DNA from: Myxococcota bacterium
GTDB taxonomy: Bacteria; Myxococcota_A; Polyangia; Nannocystales; Nannocystaceae
Reading direction: 5' to 3'
Assembly: GCA_039028615.1 (NCBI GenBank)
Contig: JBCCHT010000003.1
Coordinates: forward strand, 1 to 64,000
Length of the DNA stretch: 64,000 nt
The position numbers and the translations under genes are program-made. Shown in pieces: positions 45,206 through 54,400 of this stretch. The notes below the pieces were generated by a model. That model made no database searches, was not told where the DNA came from, and saw only the letters and a program-made list of their open reading frames with translations. Numbering within the stretch: the first letter of the stretch is position 1; each line of letters starts with the position of its first letter.

Positions 45206-45889
45206 ATGACCCAACCCGTCTGTGTCGTCGTGGGCATCGGCCCTGGAAATGGAAGCGCCTTCGCTCGTCGGTTCGCGGCCGAGGGCTACGCCGTCGCCCT
45301 GCTGTCGAGGAAGACCGACTTTTCCTCGAAGCTCGCGGCCGAGCTACCCGGGGCCAAGGCCTACGCTTGCGACGTGACCGATGCCGCTGCCGTCGAGTCG
45401 GCGTTCGCGGCCGTCCGCGAGGACCTGGGCGAGGTGGACGTGCTCGTCTACAACGCGGGCTCCGGGGTGTGGGGCAACATCGAAGAGCTGAGCCCCGACG
45501 ACTTCGAACGCTCCTGGCGGATCAACGCCATGGGAGGTTTCCTCGTTTCCAAGCAGGTCATCGCGTCGATGAAGGAGCGCGGCCAGGGCTCGATCATCTT
45601 CGTCGGGGCCACTGCGTCGCTGCGCGGCAAGCCCTTCACCACCGCGTTTGCCCCGGCCAAGGCGGCTCAGCGCAGCCTGGCGCAGGCCATGGCCCGACAC
45701 CTGTGGCCGGCGGGGGTGCACGTCTCGCTCATCATCGTCGATGGCGGGGTCAAGCCTCCCAGCCCCGACGGTCCGCCCGAGACGCTCGATCCGGCCGACA
45801 TCGCCGAGGCGGCGTTCTTCCTGTCCCGTCAGCCGCGCTCGGCCTGGACCTTCGAACTCGACGTCCGGCCCTCGCAGGAAAACTGGTAG
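45206..45889 (+). CDS. SDR family oxidoreductase
   Basis: VGIGPGNG, LVYNAG, GATASLRG, FAPAK, C-terminal AWTFELDVRP. Confidence 0.9.
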   Translation: MTQPVCVVVGIGPGNGSAFARRFAAEGYAVALLSRKTDFSSKLAAELPGAKAYACDVTDAAAVESAFAAVREDLGEVDVLVYNAGSGVWGNIEELSPDDFERSWRINAMGGFLVSKQVIASMKERGQGSIIFVGATASLRGKPFTTAFAPAKAAQRSLAQAMARHLWPAGVHVSLIIVDGGVKPPSPDGPPETLDPADIAEAAFFLSRQPRSAWTFELDVRPSQENW

Positions 45890-45899
45890 GGGCCGCGGC

Positions 45900-46544
45900 T
45901 CACTCGTACTGGCGGTCGATGTACAGGCCGGCCGCCGGGGTGAAGCCCTCTTCGTCGAGCGTGCCCGAGCGCTCGTAGGTGGAGTACACCCCGTCGTCGT
46001 CGAGGTCGGCGAAGGCCTGGGCCGTGAACTCGCACTTGCCGTAGCCCTCGGGGTCGTTCTTCCACTTGAAGTTGTAGTGGAAGCGGTGCTCGCCCTCGAT
46101 GAGGAAGTTGAGCTGCTGCCACACGCGGTCGTCGGCCCACAGCTTGGCGTCGTAGCCACCGGGGCCGCTGCCGCCGGAGTTGCAGTTGCCCTTGGAGCCC
46201 TCGTTGCAGTTGACCGACAGCGGCGGCGTGACGGTGCCCGAACCCTCGGGCGTGCCGTCGGAGGGGCAGCGGTGAGCGAGGACCTCGGTGGCGCCGCGTT
46301 CGACGTGATCGGCCATGAAGTAGGCGGCGGCCGAGTCCGAGAGCTTGGCGAGCTGGACCTGGGCCTCGCTGGCCTTCGACTTTCGGATATAGATCTCGGC
46401 GGCGCTCAGCGTCTCCTCTTCGGCCGCCTTGCCGTCGGACTTCGAAGCGGCGGGCTTGCTCGGCTCTTCCTTTTTGTCGTCGCACGCGGGTGCGAACGCG
46501 GTGACGCAGAGCAGGGCGATGACGGTGAGGCGAGGGCGAGGCAC
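45900..46544 (-). CDS. Lipoprotein carrying a type IV pilin-like globular domain
   Basis: Lipobox APA-C; YIRKSKASEAQVQLAKL...AAYF resembles the post-TM pilin helix; C-terminal FTAQAFADLDDDG. Confidence 0.7.
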   Translation of the reverse strand: MPRPRLTVIALLCVTAFAPACDDKKEEPSKPAASKSDGKAAEEETLSAAEIYIRKSKASEAQVQLAKLSDSAAAYFMADHVERGATEVLAHRCPSDGTPEGSGTVTPPLSVNCNEGSKGNCNSGGSGPGGYDAKLWADDRVWQQLNFLIEGEHRFHYNFKWKNDPEGYGKCEFTAQAFADLDDDGVYSTYERSGTLDEEGFTPAAGLYIDRQYE

Positions 46545-46588
46545 GGCACCTCGACCCTACCGCATCGGCCGGGGCTCGGGTCCGCGGC

Positions 46589-47302
46589 TCAGCTCGACTT
46601 GGAGCTCGAACTCGAATTCGAGCGATCCACTTGCTGGCGAAGCTGACGGGCCCAGTCCTCGAGCTGGGTCACGGTGACGCCCCAGTGATCGGGGTTGGCC
46701 TGCAGGTGAGCGACGGCCTCGGCCAGGCGGTCGCGGCCGCGGCGGAGCCGGGTGTGCACGGTGGCGGTGGGCAGGTCGAGCAGCTCGCCGATCTGTCGCC
46801 CGCGCATGCCCTCGAACAGCGACAGCTCCAAGACGATCTGGTAGGTCAGCGGCAACGAGCGCAGGGCGTGCACCATGAGGTGGGCCTGCTCCTCGGGTTC
46901 CATGCCCGAGCTGTGCACGGGAAAGTGCCCCAGGTCGGCGACGCAGCACTGCTCGAAGTCTTCGCGCTCGAGCGAGCGCTTGGTCTGGCGCTGGTAGTGA
47001 CGCCGCAGCTGGTTGAACGCGGTGGCAAACAAGTAGCTGCGGAAGCTCTTCGAGTTGCGGATCTTCTTCATGCCCCGCGTGCACGCGAGCAGGGTCTCCG
47101 CCACGAGGTCACCGACGTCTTGCTGGTCGGAGACCTTGTTGTTGAAAAAGCGCGTCAGCAGGCCGAGGTAGCGCTTCATCAGCTTCGCACCAGCGTCCGA
47201 CTCACCTCGCTGCCACCGCTCGAGCAGCTCCCAGTCGGGGGGCATCGGGCGCGAGGTGTTCGAGTCCTTTTTCCGCTTGCCGCTGGGTTCCAAACAGTCC
47301 AT
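46589..47302 (-). CDS. ECF sigma-70 factor
   Basis: DWELLERWQRG, DLVAETLLAC, FRSYLFATA, LRSLPLTYQIVLEL...IGELLDLPTATVHTRLRRGR; purine-rich RBS before the ATG; alternative ATG at 47245. Confidence 0.9.
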   Translation of the reverse strand: MDCLEPSGKRKKDSNTSRPMPPDWELLERWQRGESDAGAKLMKRYLGLLTRFFNNKVSDQQDVGDLVAETLLACTRGMKKIRNSKSFRSYLFATAFNQLRRHYQRQTKRSLEREDFEQCCVADLGHFPVHSSGMEPEEQAHLMVHALRSLPLTYQIVLELSLFEGMRGRQIGELLDLPTATVHTRLRRGRDRLAEAVAHLQANPDHWGVTVTQLEDWARQLRQQVDRSNSSSSSKSS

Positions 47303-47676
47303 TCCTTCCCTGCGAGTTGAAATTTGCCGTTGTCTCCCGACCCCGCAAGCCGAGGAGTGATGCGGGGCACCCCCGCGGAGGGGCGGGGACGGCCCTAGTC
47401 AGGCAACGGCAACTGTCGTCAGGTGGACACTCCTGCGGCCGGGCGTTGGCGCCATCGGGCCGTGGTTTCCACTCTACCAGGATTTCGGGGTGGCTAGCGC
47501 CGTAGTCGTGGCGGCGCGCAGCGTCACGTCTCGCGAAGCGCGGGCGCTGGCGTCGTCGTGGGCGTTGCTCGATGTCGACTGAGCGGCTCCCCGTCGATGA
47601 CGCTGCGCATCGTACGCTAGCCGAAAACGCCCCCTGTTTCGGGGGCATCGAGATCCGGCTGCGTCGGGCCGGTCCC

Positions 47677-47904
47677 TCAGGTCACGCGTGGATCGACGCC
47701 CGCCATCGGGTCTCGGTCGAAGCACGCGCGGCCGCGGTTGCAGCACTCGGGGGACGCGAGCTCGTCATCGGGGCCCCAGCTCTGACAGGTCCGCAGGCAA
47801 GAAAACGGAACCTGGCTGCGCACCAAGGACTCCCAGATCTGCTGGGGGTCGCCGCTGTCCTTGGAGAAGGTCTTCCAGCGGAGGTATCGGCACAGTTCCA
47901 TCAT
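47677..47904 (-). CDS. Small 6-Cys protein at the end of the molybdoenzyme operon
   Basis: MMELCRYLRWK...CLRTC...GPDD...CC...RACF; ATG overlaps the TGA of the FAD subunit; GGAAGGA RBS. Confidence 0.7.
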   Translation of the reverse strand: MMELCRYLRWKTFSKDSGDPQQIWESLVRSQVPFSCLRTCQSWGPDDELASPECCNRGRACFDRDPMAGVDPRVT

Positions 47905-48869
47905 TGTCCTTCCTCGGTCGGAGTCGCGTGACGGGCTCGCTCGAGGGTCTCGAGCACGGTGCCTTCGACGAGGTCGACCTTGTACTCGGTCATCGGCAAG
48001 GGCTTGGCGCCGTCGCGTGCGAGCGCGGCGGCGCGGGCCAAGGTCTCGTCGCTGTCCCGGGCACCCACGAGCGCGGCTTCGACCGCGGGCAGCCGCAAGG
48101 GCACGGGGGCCACTCCACCCATGCTCACTCGGGCGAAGCGAATGGTGTCGCCTTCGAGCTGCAGCCGCACCAGCACCTCGACCAGCGGCCACTCGGAGCG
48201 TGCGCGGCTGGTGGTGCGGAAGTACGCGGCCTGCTCGCGCGGCAACGGGGCCGGCAGCTCGACGTGGGTCAGCAGCGCGCCCGGGGGCAGCTGGTGATCG
48301 CGTCGAGGATCGCGGCCGTCACCGTACAGGGCTTCGATGCTGCGGCTCGGATCGCCGTGCGCATGAACCTGGGCCTCATAGGCGAGCAGGGCCATGCCGA
48401 GGGTCGAAGGGTGCACGCTGACGCAGGGGCCACGGTCGAAGCACGCGTGGTAGAGGTGGTCGCCGCCGCGGGCGAGGCAGCGATCGCCCCCGCTCTTGAG
48501 GCAGCGGTGCGTGGGGTTGCGGAAGTACCAGCAGCGGTTGGCCTGCAGCAGGTTGCCGCCGAGCGTGGCCACGGCCCGAATCTGCGGGGTCGCCAGGGCT
48601 CCCGCCGCTGCACACAATCCGGGATAGGCCTGGCGTAGCGGTGCGTCGCGGGCGAGCTGTGCGATGCGTACCGTCGAGCCGATGCGTGCGGCCCCGCCGT
48701 CCCAGTGGATGGTGTCGAGCCCGGTGAGATCGCGAAGATCGAGCAGTGGGCCGGGGGCGAGCCGGAGGCGGCGACGCTCCATGAGGTCGGTGCCGCCGGC
48801 TCGGGTCTGGTGTCCCGCCTCTTCGGACAGCGGCGGGAGCTCGGCCAAGGATCGAGGAAAACGGATCAT
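47901..48869 (-). CDS. Xanthine-dehydrogenase-family FAD subunit with 4Fe-4S insertion (PaoB/YagS-like)
   Basis: AGGTDL, ATPQIRAVATLGGNLLQ, RCWYFR..C...C...C, GGVAPVPLR; ATGA overlap with the upstream gene. Confidence 0.9.
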   Translation of the reverse strand: MIRFPRSLAELPPLSEEAGHQTRAGGTDLMERRRLRLAPGPLLDLRDLTGLDTIHWDGGAARIGSTVRIAQLARDAPLRQAYPGLCAAAGALATPQIRAVATLGGNLLQANRCWYFRNPTHRCLKSGGDRCLARGGDHLYHACFDRGPCVSVHPSTLGMALLAYEAQVHAHGDPSRSIEALYGDGRDPRRDHQLPPGALLTHVELPAPLPREQAAYFRTTSRARSEWPLVEVLVRLQLEGDTIRFARVSMGGVAPVPLRLPAVEAALVGARDSDETLARAAALARDGAKPLPMTEYKVDLVEGTVLETLERARHATPTEEGQ

Positions 48870-51691
48870 GCTCGCACCCCCTGGAGTACGCGGTCGGGCC
48901 GGAGGGGAAGTTCGTGGGGACGCCAGCCCATGGCGTCGAAGACCGCGTTGCCGATGGCCGCCGCGGGAGCCAAGGTCACCAGCTCGCCGAGGCCCACGGC
49001 GCGGCCGCGGATCTTCTCGTAGCCCGATTCCTCGAAGTGCACGTGGATGTCTCCGAGGTCGCCGATGCCCATGATGCGGTAGTCCTCGAGCCCGGCGCTG
49101 AGCAGGTAGCCGTGCCGCGGGTCGAGGCGGCGCTCTTCGTAGAGCGCGTAGCTGATGCCCTGGATGATGCCGCCCTGCGCCTGACTGCGGGCCAAGATGG
49201 GGGCCACGATGCGACCCACGCCGAAGCCGGCCCAGGTTCGCAGTACCGCCAGGCGGCCGAGCCGAGTGTCGACCTCGACCTCCACGATCTGGACCGATGC
49301 CGAGACGGCGCGCTCGGGGGCGAGGCCCATCATGGGGGGCAGGAAGTAGCCGCCTTCGTCTCGCTTGCGGCGACCGATGACGCTGATGGTGCGGCTGACG
49401 GCCAGGACCTCGGACCACGGGACGAAGCCGTCGGCGTGCATCACTCCGCCGGTCCCCGCCACCGCGCCCTTCAGGCGAAAGTGTCGGCGAGCGAGGGCGA
49501 CCAGCTCCTCCTTGAGCTGCTCGGCCGCGTGCATGGCCGGAGGGACGACCGAAGAGGTGGTGCGGCTGCCCGCCGACCATGCCCCGTGCACGTAGTTGGA
49601 GTCGCCGAGGCGCACCTCGACCTCGCGCATGCCGATGTCCAGCGACTCGGCCACGGTGCGCGCGATGATGGTGCGGGTGCCGTTACCGATGTCCTGACTA
49701 CCGGTGGTGACCACGATGCCGTCGGGGCCCGCGTCGATCTGGATGCGACTTTTGGGCTCGACGAAGGCGAACCATGCCCCGCAGGCCAGGCCGATCCCGC
49801 GACGGTAGCGACCCCGGTCGGTGCCGGCTGCGGGTCGACCCGTCCACACGGGAAGGGTCTCCGCCCAGTCGTAGAGCTTGTTGCGTGCCGGGTTGGGATC
49901 CCAGCGTCGCCGCATCTTCACCGGGTCTTCGCCGCGGAGGTGGGCCATCTGGTCGACGGCCTGCTCGAGCGCCCAGTAGGCTTGGGGCCCGGCGGGACCG
50001 CGGAAGGGCTTGCCCGCGGGCGCGTGGTTGGTGACGTCGTAGTCGACCAGCTCGCGCGGCGCCTCGGGGTAGATGAGCCGATGCATGATGCCCACCACGC
50101 CGCCCACCGCGACCCCGGAATCGTTGTGGGTGACCGAGCGCAGGGCGGTGAGGTCCCCGCCCTCATCGGTGGCCATGCTCAGCTCGATCTCGGCCGCGGG
50201 GCGGTTGCCGCCGAGCATGATCTCGTAGCGTCGGTCGAGCGCGTACATCACGGGGGCGCCGCAGAGCCGAGCGAGCTCGACGGCCACGACGACCTCGCTG
50301 GTGAGCCCGCCCTTGCCACCCAGGCCGGCCCCTACGTACTGGCTGAGCACGCGGACGTCGTCGCGGCGGAGCTTCCAGCGGGTGGCGATGTCCTCGGCCA
50401 TCATGGTGACCGCCTGCGTGGACATGTGCACGGTGAGCCGCCGCTCGCCGTCCCACTGGGCGACCGCGACGTGGGGCTCGAGCGTGGTGTGGCACTGCAC
50501 CTGGGTGCGGAACGTGCCCTCCACCAGCAGGCCATCGGCGCGCGCCTGCTCGAGGTTCTTCCGCGCGCGGCGGGACTTTTTGGAGAACAGCGACAGGGGC
50601 CCGCGGAGGTTGCCGGCCCAGCCCTCGGGGAGCAGGGGGCCCTCGGAGGAGTTGGGCGGGTGCTTGCGATCGCTGCGCTTGGGATAGACGACCGGAGCGC
50701 CCTTGGCTCGAGCGGCGTCCATGCCGATGGCGCAGGGCTGCACGTCGTAGTCGATGTCGACCAGCTCCAGCGCTCGCTCGGCCGTGCGCTCGTCGACGGC
50801 GGCCAGGGCCATGATCTCCTGCCCCGCGTAGCGAACGCGACGCGAGTCGGTCAGTAGATCGACGGCCCCCTTCACGCCGGGCACGGCGAGGGCGCGAGAC
50901 CAGTCGAGCTTGGTGACGATGGCGTGGGTGAAGGGCGAGTGCAGGGCCTTGGCGATGAGCAAGCCCCCGGGTTGCTCGTCGATGGAGTAGCGCGCCGCCC
51001 CGGTGACCTTCTCTTCGGCGTCGTAGCGGGGGGCCTGCACTTCGGCGTCGAAGCGGCCGGCGCAGGCTCCCTGCACGGCCGCGTAGATCTGCGCATAGGC
51101 GCCGCAGCGACACAGATGCCCGGACAATGCCGCGGCGACCTCGTCGCGCGACGGCTCGCGGGGACCGTGCGCGGCTCTCCAGGCGTCGTGGAAGGCGACG
51201 GCCTCGACGATGAAGCCCGGCGTGCAGTAGCCACACTGCAGGGCGTCCTCGGCCATGAAGGCGCGCTGCACGGGGTGCAAGCGCTCGCCTTCGGCGATGC
51301 CTTCGATGGTGGTGAGCGCTCGCCCTTCGAGTGACGTGGCTGGGAGCAGACACGTGGCGACCGGGGTGCCGTCGACTTGCATCGTGCATGCCCCACAGGC
51401 CCCGTGCCCGCAGCCGAGCTTGCTGCCGATGAGGCCGAGTTCGTTGCGGACTGCGTGCAGGGCCGAGTCGTCGGGATGCACCTCGAGGCGACGCTCCTTG
51501 CCGTTGACCGTCGTCGAGACTTCGACGCGATCGTGCTCGGGTGCAACGGGTGCAACGGGTGCACTGGGGGCCGACTCGGTGGCCAAGCCCTTGGCGCATC
51601 CTGACTCGTTGGTCGTGACCATCGCGGCTCCGGCCGCTCCGATCGAGCTGCGCAGGAACCCACGTCGGGTGGTGGCGGCTTTGTTGCTCAT
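48866..51691 (-). CDS. Tat-exported xanthine-dehydrogenase-family protein, fused 2x[2Fe-2S] + molybdopterin subunit (PaoA+PaoC-like)
   Basis: TRRGFL Tat motif; GCGHGACGAC, QCGYC, CRC; KVTGAARY, GLGGKG, FRGP, QDIGNG, GLGE. Confidence 0.92.
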   Translation of the reverse strand: MSNKAATTRRGFLRSSIGAAGAAMVTTNESGCAKGLATESAPSAPVAPVAPEHDRVEVSTTVNGKERRLEVHPDDSALHAVRNELGLIGSKLGCGHGACGACTMQVDGTPVATCLLPATSLEGRALTTIEGIAEGERLHPVQRAFMAEDALQCGYCTPGFIVEAVAFHDAWRAAHGPREPSRDEVAAALSGHLCRCGAYAQIYAAVQGACAGRFDAEVQAPRYDAEEKVTGAARYSIDEQPGGLLIAKALHSPFTHAIVTKLDWSRALAVPGVKGAVDLLTDSRRVRYAGQEIMALAAVDERTAERALELVDIDYDVQPCAIGMDAARAKGAPVVYPKRSDRKHPPNSSEGPLLPEGWAGNLRGPLSLFSKKSRRARKNLEQARADGLLVEGTFRTQVQCHTTLEPHVAVAQWDGERRLTVHMSTQAVTMMAEDIATRWKLRRDDVRVLSQYVGAGLGGKGGLTSEVVVAVELARLCGAPVMYALDRRYEIMLGGNRPAAEIELSMATDEGGDLTALRSVTHNDSGVAVGGVVGIMHRLIYPEAPRELVDYDVTNHAPAGKPFRGPAGPQAYWALEQAVDQMAHLRGEDPVKMRRRWDPNPARNKLYDWAETLPVWTGRPAAGTDRGRYRRGIGLACGAWFAFVEPKSRIQIDAGPDGIVVTTGSQDIGNGTRTIIARTVAESLDIGMREVEVRLGDSNYVHGAWSAGSRTTSSVVPPAMHAAEQLKEELVALARRHFRLKGAVAGTGGVMHADGFVPWSEVLAVSRTISVIGRRKRDEGGYFLPPMMGLAPERAVSASVQIVEVEVDTRLGRLAVLRTWAGFGVGRIVAPILARSQAQGGIIQGISYALYEERRLDPRHGYLLSAGLEDYRIMGIGDLGDIHVHFEESGYEKIRGRAVGLGELVTLAPAAAIGNAVFDAMGWRPHELPLRPDRVLQGVRA

Positions 51692-51703
51692 CCGCTTCTC
51701 GAT

Positions 51704-51747
51704 GTGACTCCGGGTCATTTATTAGGTGACCCGGAGTCACTTGTCAA
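51704..51747 (-). promoter_or_regulatory. Sigma70-type promoter overlapped by a perfect 14-bp inverted repeat (tandem operators)
   Basis: Minus strand TTGACA (51747-51742), 17 nt, TAATAA (51724-51719); arms GTGACTCCGGGTCA (51704-51717) and TGACCCGGAGTCAC (51727-51740). Confidence 0.8.
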
Positions 51748-52056
51748 GGGTGTTCCGACGCGTATGGGGTCAAAGAGGACGGATATCGTCCGAATCGTGT
51801 TTCGCGCACGATTCACCGGAGGCCTCGGGTTTTCCCTTGGTCGGCCCGCCGACGATCGCTTCGGTCGCGTCGATTCGCTCCGCGTCGAGTCGACGCAAAA
51901 ACGATCCGCGTTGCTCATGCTCGGCGAAGATCCGGGGTCGATCCCTCGGTCGACGCGAGGGGATCCATCCGCGACGGCACCGGATGACTCCCCTTCAATT
52001 TTGGTCGGAGTCTCCCTCTGGCAGCGACAGTTGCCATCCTCTAGCTTGGACTGTGA

Positions 52057-52551
52057 ATGAGGAGAGCTGGGTTCGCGTTGGTCGTTGCGCTCTTGGGTGT
52101 AGGTTGCGGTGATACGCCGCCGGTCGAAGGGCAGTTGTTCATGAACTCCGGGGTCGATCGACAAATCGAGTACGCGCCAGGTGAGTGCTTCAATGGGGCG
52201 TATCACGGCTTCTTTGGCGTAGAGATGCGCGACGGTAGCGACCGGGTCTTGGAGTTCTTCCGCAACGGACAAGAGCCGAGGATCGCGTTTTATGCCCCGG
52301 GTTTTGCCGCGTTCGAGCTGGGCCCCAGCGACTGCTCGTCGTTCGCGGGCGAGCTTCATCGAGGTGATGAGGTTTGGGGCAACGTGCGGCTCGACTGCGA
52401 GGCGCCCAGCGGTTGGAGTGTCTGGGGAGAGCTGTCGTTTGAAGGCTGCGAACTCCCCGTGGAAGAGGACTGCGACGACGACGATGATTGGGATGACGAC
52501 GACGACGACGACTGGGACTGGGACGACGACGACGACGACAGCTTCTTCTAG
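52057..52551 (+). CDS. Lipoprotein with Asp/Trp-rich C-terminal tail
   Basis: Lipobox GVG-C; tail DDDDDWDDDDDDDWDWDDDDDDSFF. Confidence 0.7.
   Translation: MRRAGFALVVALLGVGCGDTPPVEGQLFMNSGVDRQIEYAPGECFNGAYHGFFGVEMRDGSDRVLEFFRNGQEPRIAFYAPGFAAFELGPSDCSSFAGELHRGDEVWGNVRLDCEAPSGWSVWGELSFEGCELPVEEDCDDDDDWDDDDDDDWDWDDDDDDSFF
52474..52539 (+). repeat. (GAC/GAT)n coding trinucleotide repeat interrupted by TGG
   Basis: 19 Asp and 3 Trp codons in 22 codons. Confidence 0.85.
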
Positions 52552-52594
52552 GCCCACGGAGGGTCGCGGGGCGGGGCTGAGGTCCCTGCTCACG

Positions 52595-53101
52595 GTGTGG
52601 ATCGCCGTGTTTGCCTCGCCGTTGATCGTCACCGGTTGCGAGGCGACGGAGGTCGAATCGGAGTACTACGAGGACACCGATTTCCCGAGCACGCCCGAGT
52701 GCGAAGTCGGCTGGGAAGGTTGCCCTTGCACCAGCGGAGGCATTTGCAACGAACCGTTCTTCTGCGCGCCCAACGTCAACATCTGCATCGCCGATACCTG
52801 CCCCGTGGGGACGGAAGCCTGCGCATGCACCCCGAACGGGGCCTGTGACGAAGGCTTGGAGTGCGCATCCGACCTCTGCGTCGACGTGGGCTGCTCGCCC
52901 GGCGCCGAAGGGTGCACGTGCACGGACGGGGGCGGTTGCGATCCGGGACTGTCGTGTCTGTCGGGCCTGTGCGTCGAACCGGCGGACGATTCCGAGGATT
53001 CGGGCGCCGACGAGACCGGCGGCGACGGAAGCGAGAGCGACGGGGGCACCGGGAGCGAGAGCGACGGCGGCAGCGAGGACTCGTCCGGCTCCACCGGTTG
53101 A
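52595..53101 (+). CDS. Cys-rich lipoprotein with three C..G.E.C.CT..G.C repeats (start uncertain)
   Basis: Lipobox VTG-C; CEVGWEGCPCT, CPVGTEACACT, CSPGAEGCTCT; acidic S/G tail. Confidence 0.72.
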   Translation: MWIAVFASPLIVTGCEATEVESEYYEDTDFPSTPECEVGWEGCPCTSGGICNEPFFCAPNVNICIADTCPVGTEACACTPNGACDEGLECASDLCVDVGCSPGAEGCTCTDGGGCDPGLSCLSGLCVEPADDSEDSGADETGGDGSESDGGTGSESDGGSEDSSGSTG

Positions 53102-53145
53102 CTCTGGTGGGGGGCCAAGGCCCCGATTGACGGTTTCGAGTCCGA

Positions 53146-54342
53146 GTGTTCACATGGTGTGTGGGCGATTGGTCAGCGGCGGTCGGAGTGCTCGTGGCGG
53201 CAGCGATGGCGGTCGGGTGCGGTACCGCGGCACCCGTCGAGGCCTCCGGCGGATCGAGCAGCACGACGACCGCCACCTCCGACAGCTCGAGCACCGACAC
53301 CGGGCAAGCCTCGAGCGACACCGAGCTTCCCGACGGTAGCGGCACGGCGGGCCCCGAGGTCTGCGATTGCGCCCCGGGGACCGACCTCATCGTGGTGCTC
53401 TCCGACGACGGCGAGCTGTGGACCTACGACCCGATCTCCAACGAGTTCGCGTTGGTGGGCCCCATCGCTTGTGGTGGCTTCGCGCCCTACTCCATGGCCG
53501 TCGACCGCGAGGGGATCGCGTGGGTGCTGTTGCTCGACAACATCCCCCAGGCCACCGTGGCCAAGGGCATGTTCAAGGTCGACATCGCGGACGCGAGCGG
53601 CTGCGAGGCGGTGATCTACGAGGAGGGGCTGTTCGGGGTGTTCGGCATGTCGTTCGCGACCAACGGCCCGCCCGATACCTGTGAGCGGCTCTACGTGCAT
53701 AGCTACAGCGGATCCGGGCCCTTCAGCGAAGGCCCGGATGCCGGCCACCTGGGCGTGCTGACCGACGACGACGTCTTGCAGTCGGTGGGGCCCATCGACT
53801 TCGACGGCGGCGAGCTGGCAGGGTCGGGCGACGGGCGGGTCTACTCGCTGACGGGGGTCGACCCGCTGAAGATCGTCGAGCTCGATCGCGATACGGCCCA
53901 GGTCGTGGACACGCTGCCGCTCGAGGGCTTCTCCAAGACCAACGCGTCGGCCATGGCGTTTTGGGGCGGAGACTTCTACGTGTTCACCGAGTCGGGGGGT
54001 CCCGAGTGTCGGCCCTGCCTGGAGCGCATGTGCACCGATGAGCTCGCGGCGTGCGAGGCCGACCCCGACTGCGCGCCGATCCTCGAGTGCCTGGTGACCT
54101 CGGCCGGCGACGGGCCCGACTGCCAGGGCGACATCGTGGGTCCGGGCGGGCCGCTGCGCGATTGCCTGTTCAACTCGTGCTTGGACCAGTGTGCGGTGGC
54201 CGATGTGGTCTCCCGCGTCACCCACGTGGACTGGGACGACTCGGACGGGGGAGGTAACGCCATCACGGTGGTCCACGATCCGGCCCCGATTCGAATCGTG
54301 GGCGCGGGCTCCTCCACCTGCGCTCCCGTGGCCGTTCCCTGA
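53146..54342 (+). CDS. Lipoprotein, probable beta-propeller with Cys-rich insert
   Basis: Lipobox AVG-C, S/T linker, SMAVDREGIAWV, ELAGSGDGRVY, AFWGGDFYVFT, IVGAGSSTCAP. Confidence 0.78.
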   Translation: MFTWCVGDWSAAVGVLVAAAMAVGCGTAAPVEASGGSSSTTTATSDSSSTDTGQASSDTELPDGSGTAGPEVCDCAPGTDLIVVLSDDGELWTYDPISNEFALVGPIACGGFAPYSMAVDREGIAWVLLLDNIPQATVAKGMFKVDIADASGCEAVIYEEGLFGVFGMSFATNGPPDTCERLYVHSYSGSGPFSEGPDAGHLGVLTDDDVLQSVGPIDFDGGELAGSGDGRVYSLTGVDPLKIVELDRDTAQVVDTLPLEGFSKTNASAMAFWGGDFYVFTESGGPECRPCLERMCTDELAACEADPDCAPILECLVTSAGDGPDCQGDIVGPGGPLRDCLFNSCLDQCAVADVVSRVTHVDWDDSDGGGNAITVVHDPAPIRIVGAGSSTCAPVAVP

Positions 54343-54400
54343 ACGTCACGATCGAGTATCACCGCCCCTGGCGAGCGCCGAGGAGGGTACGCTTTGGTTC

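Noticed and set aside
47324..47412. tRNA or tRNA-Sec interpretation of the multi-stem element
   Set aside because: No T-loop GTTC motif, no 7-nt anticodon loop geometry, no CCA end
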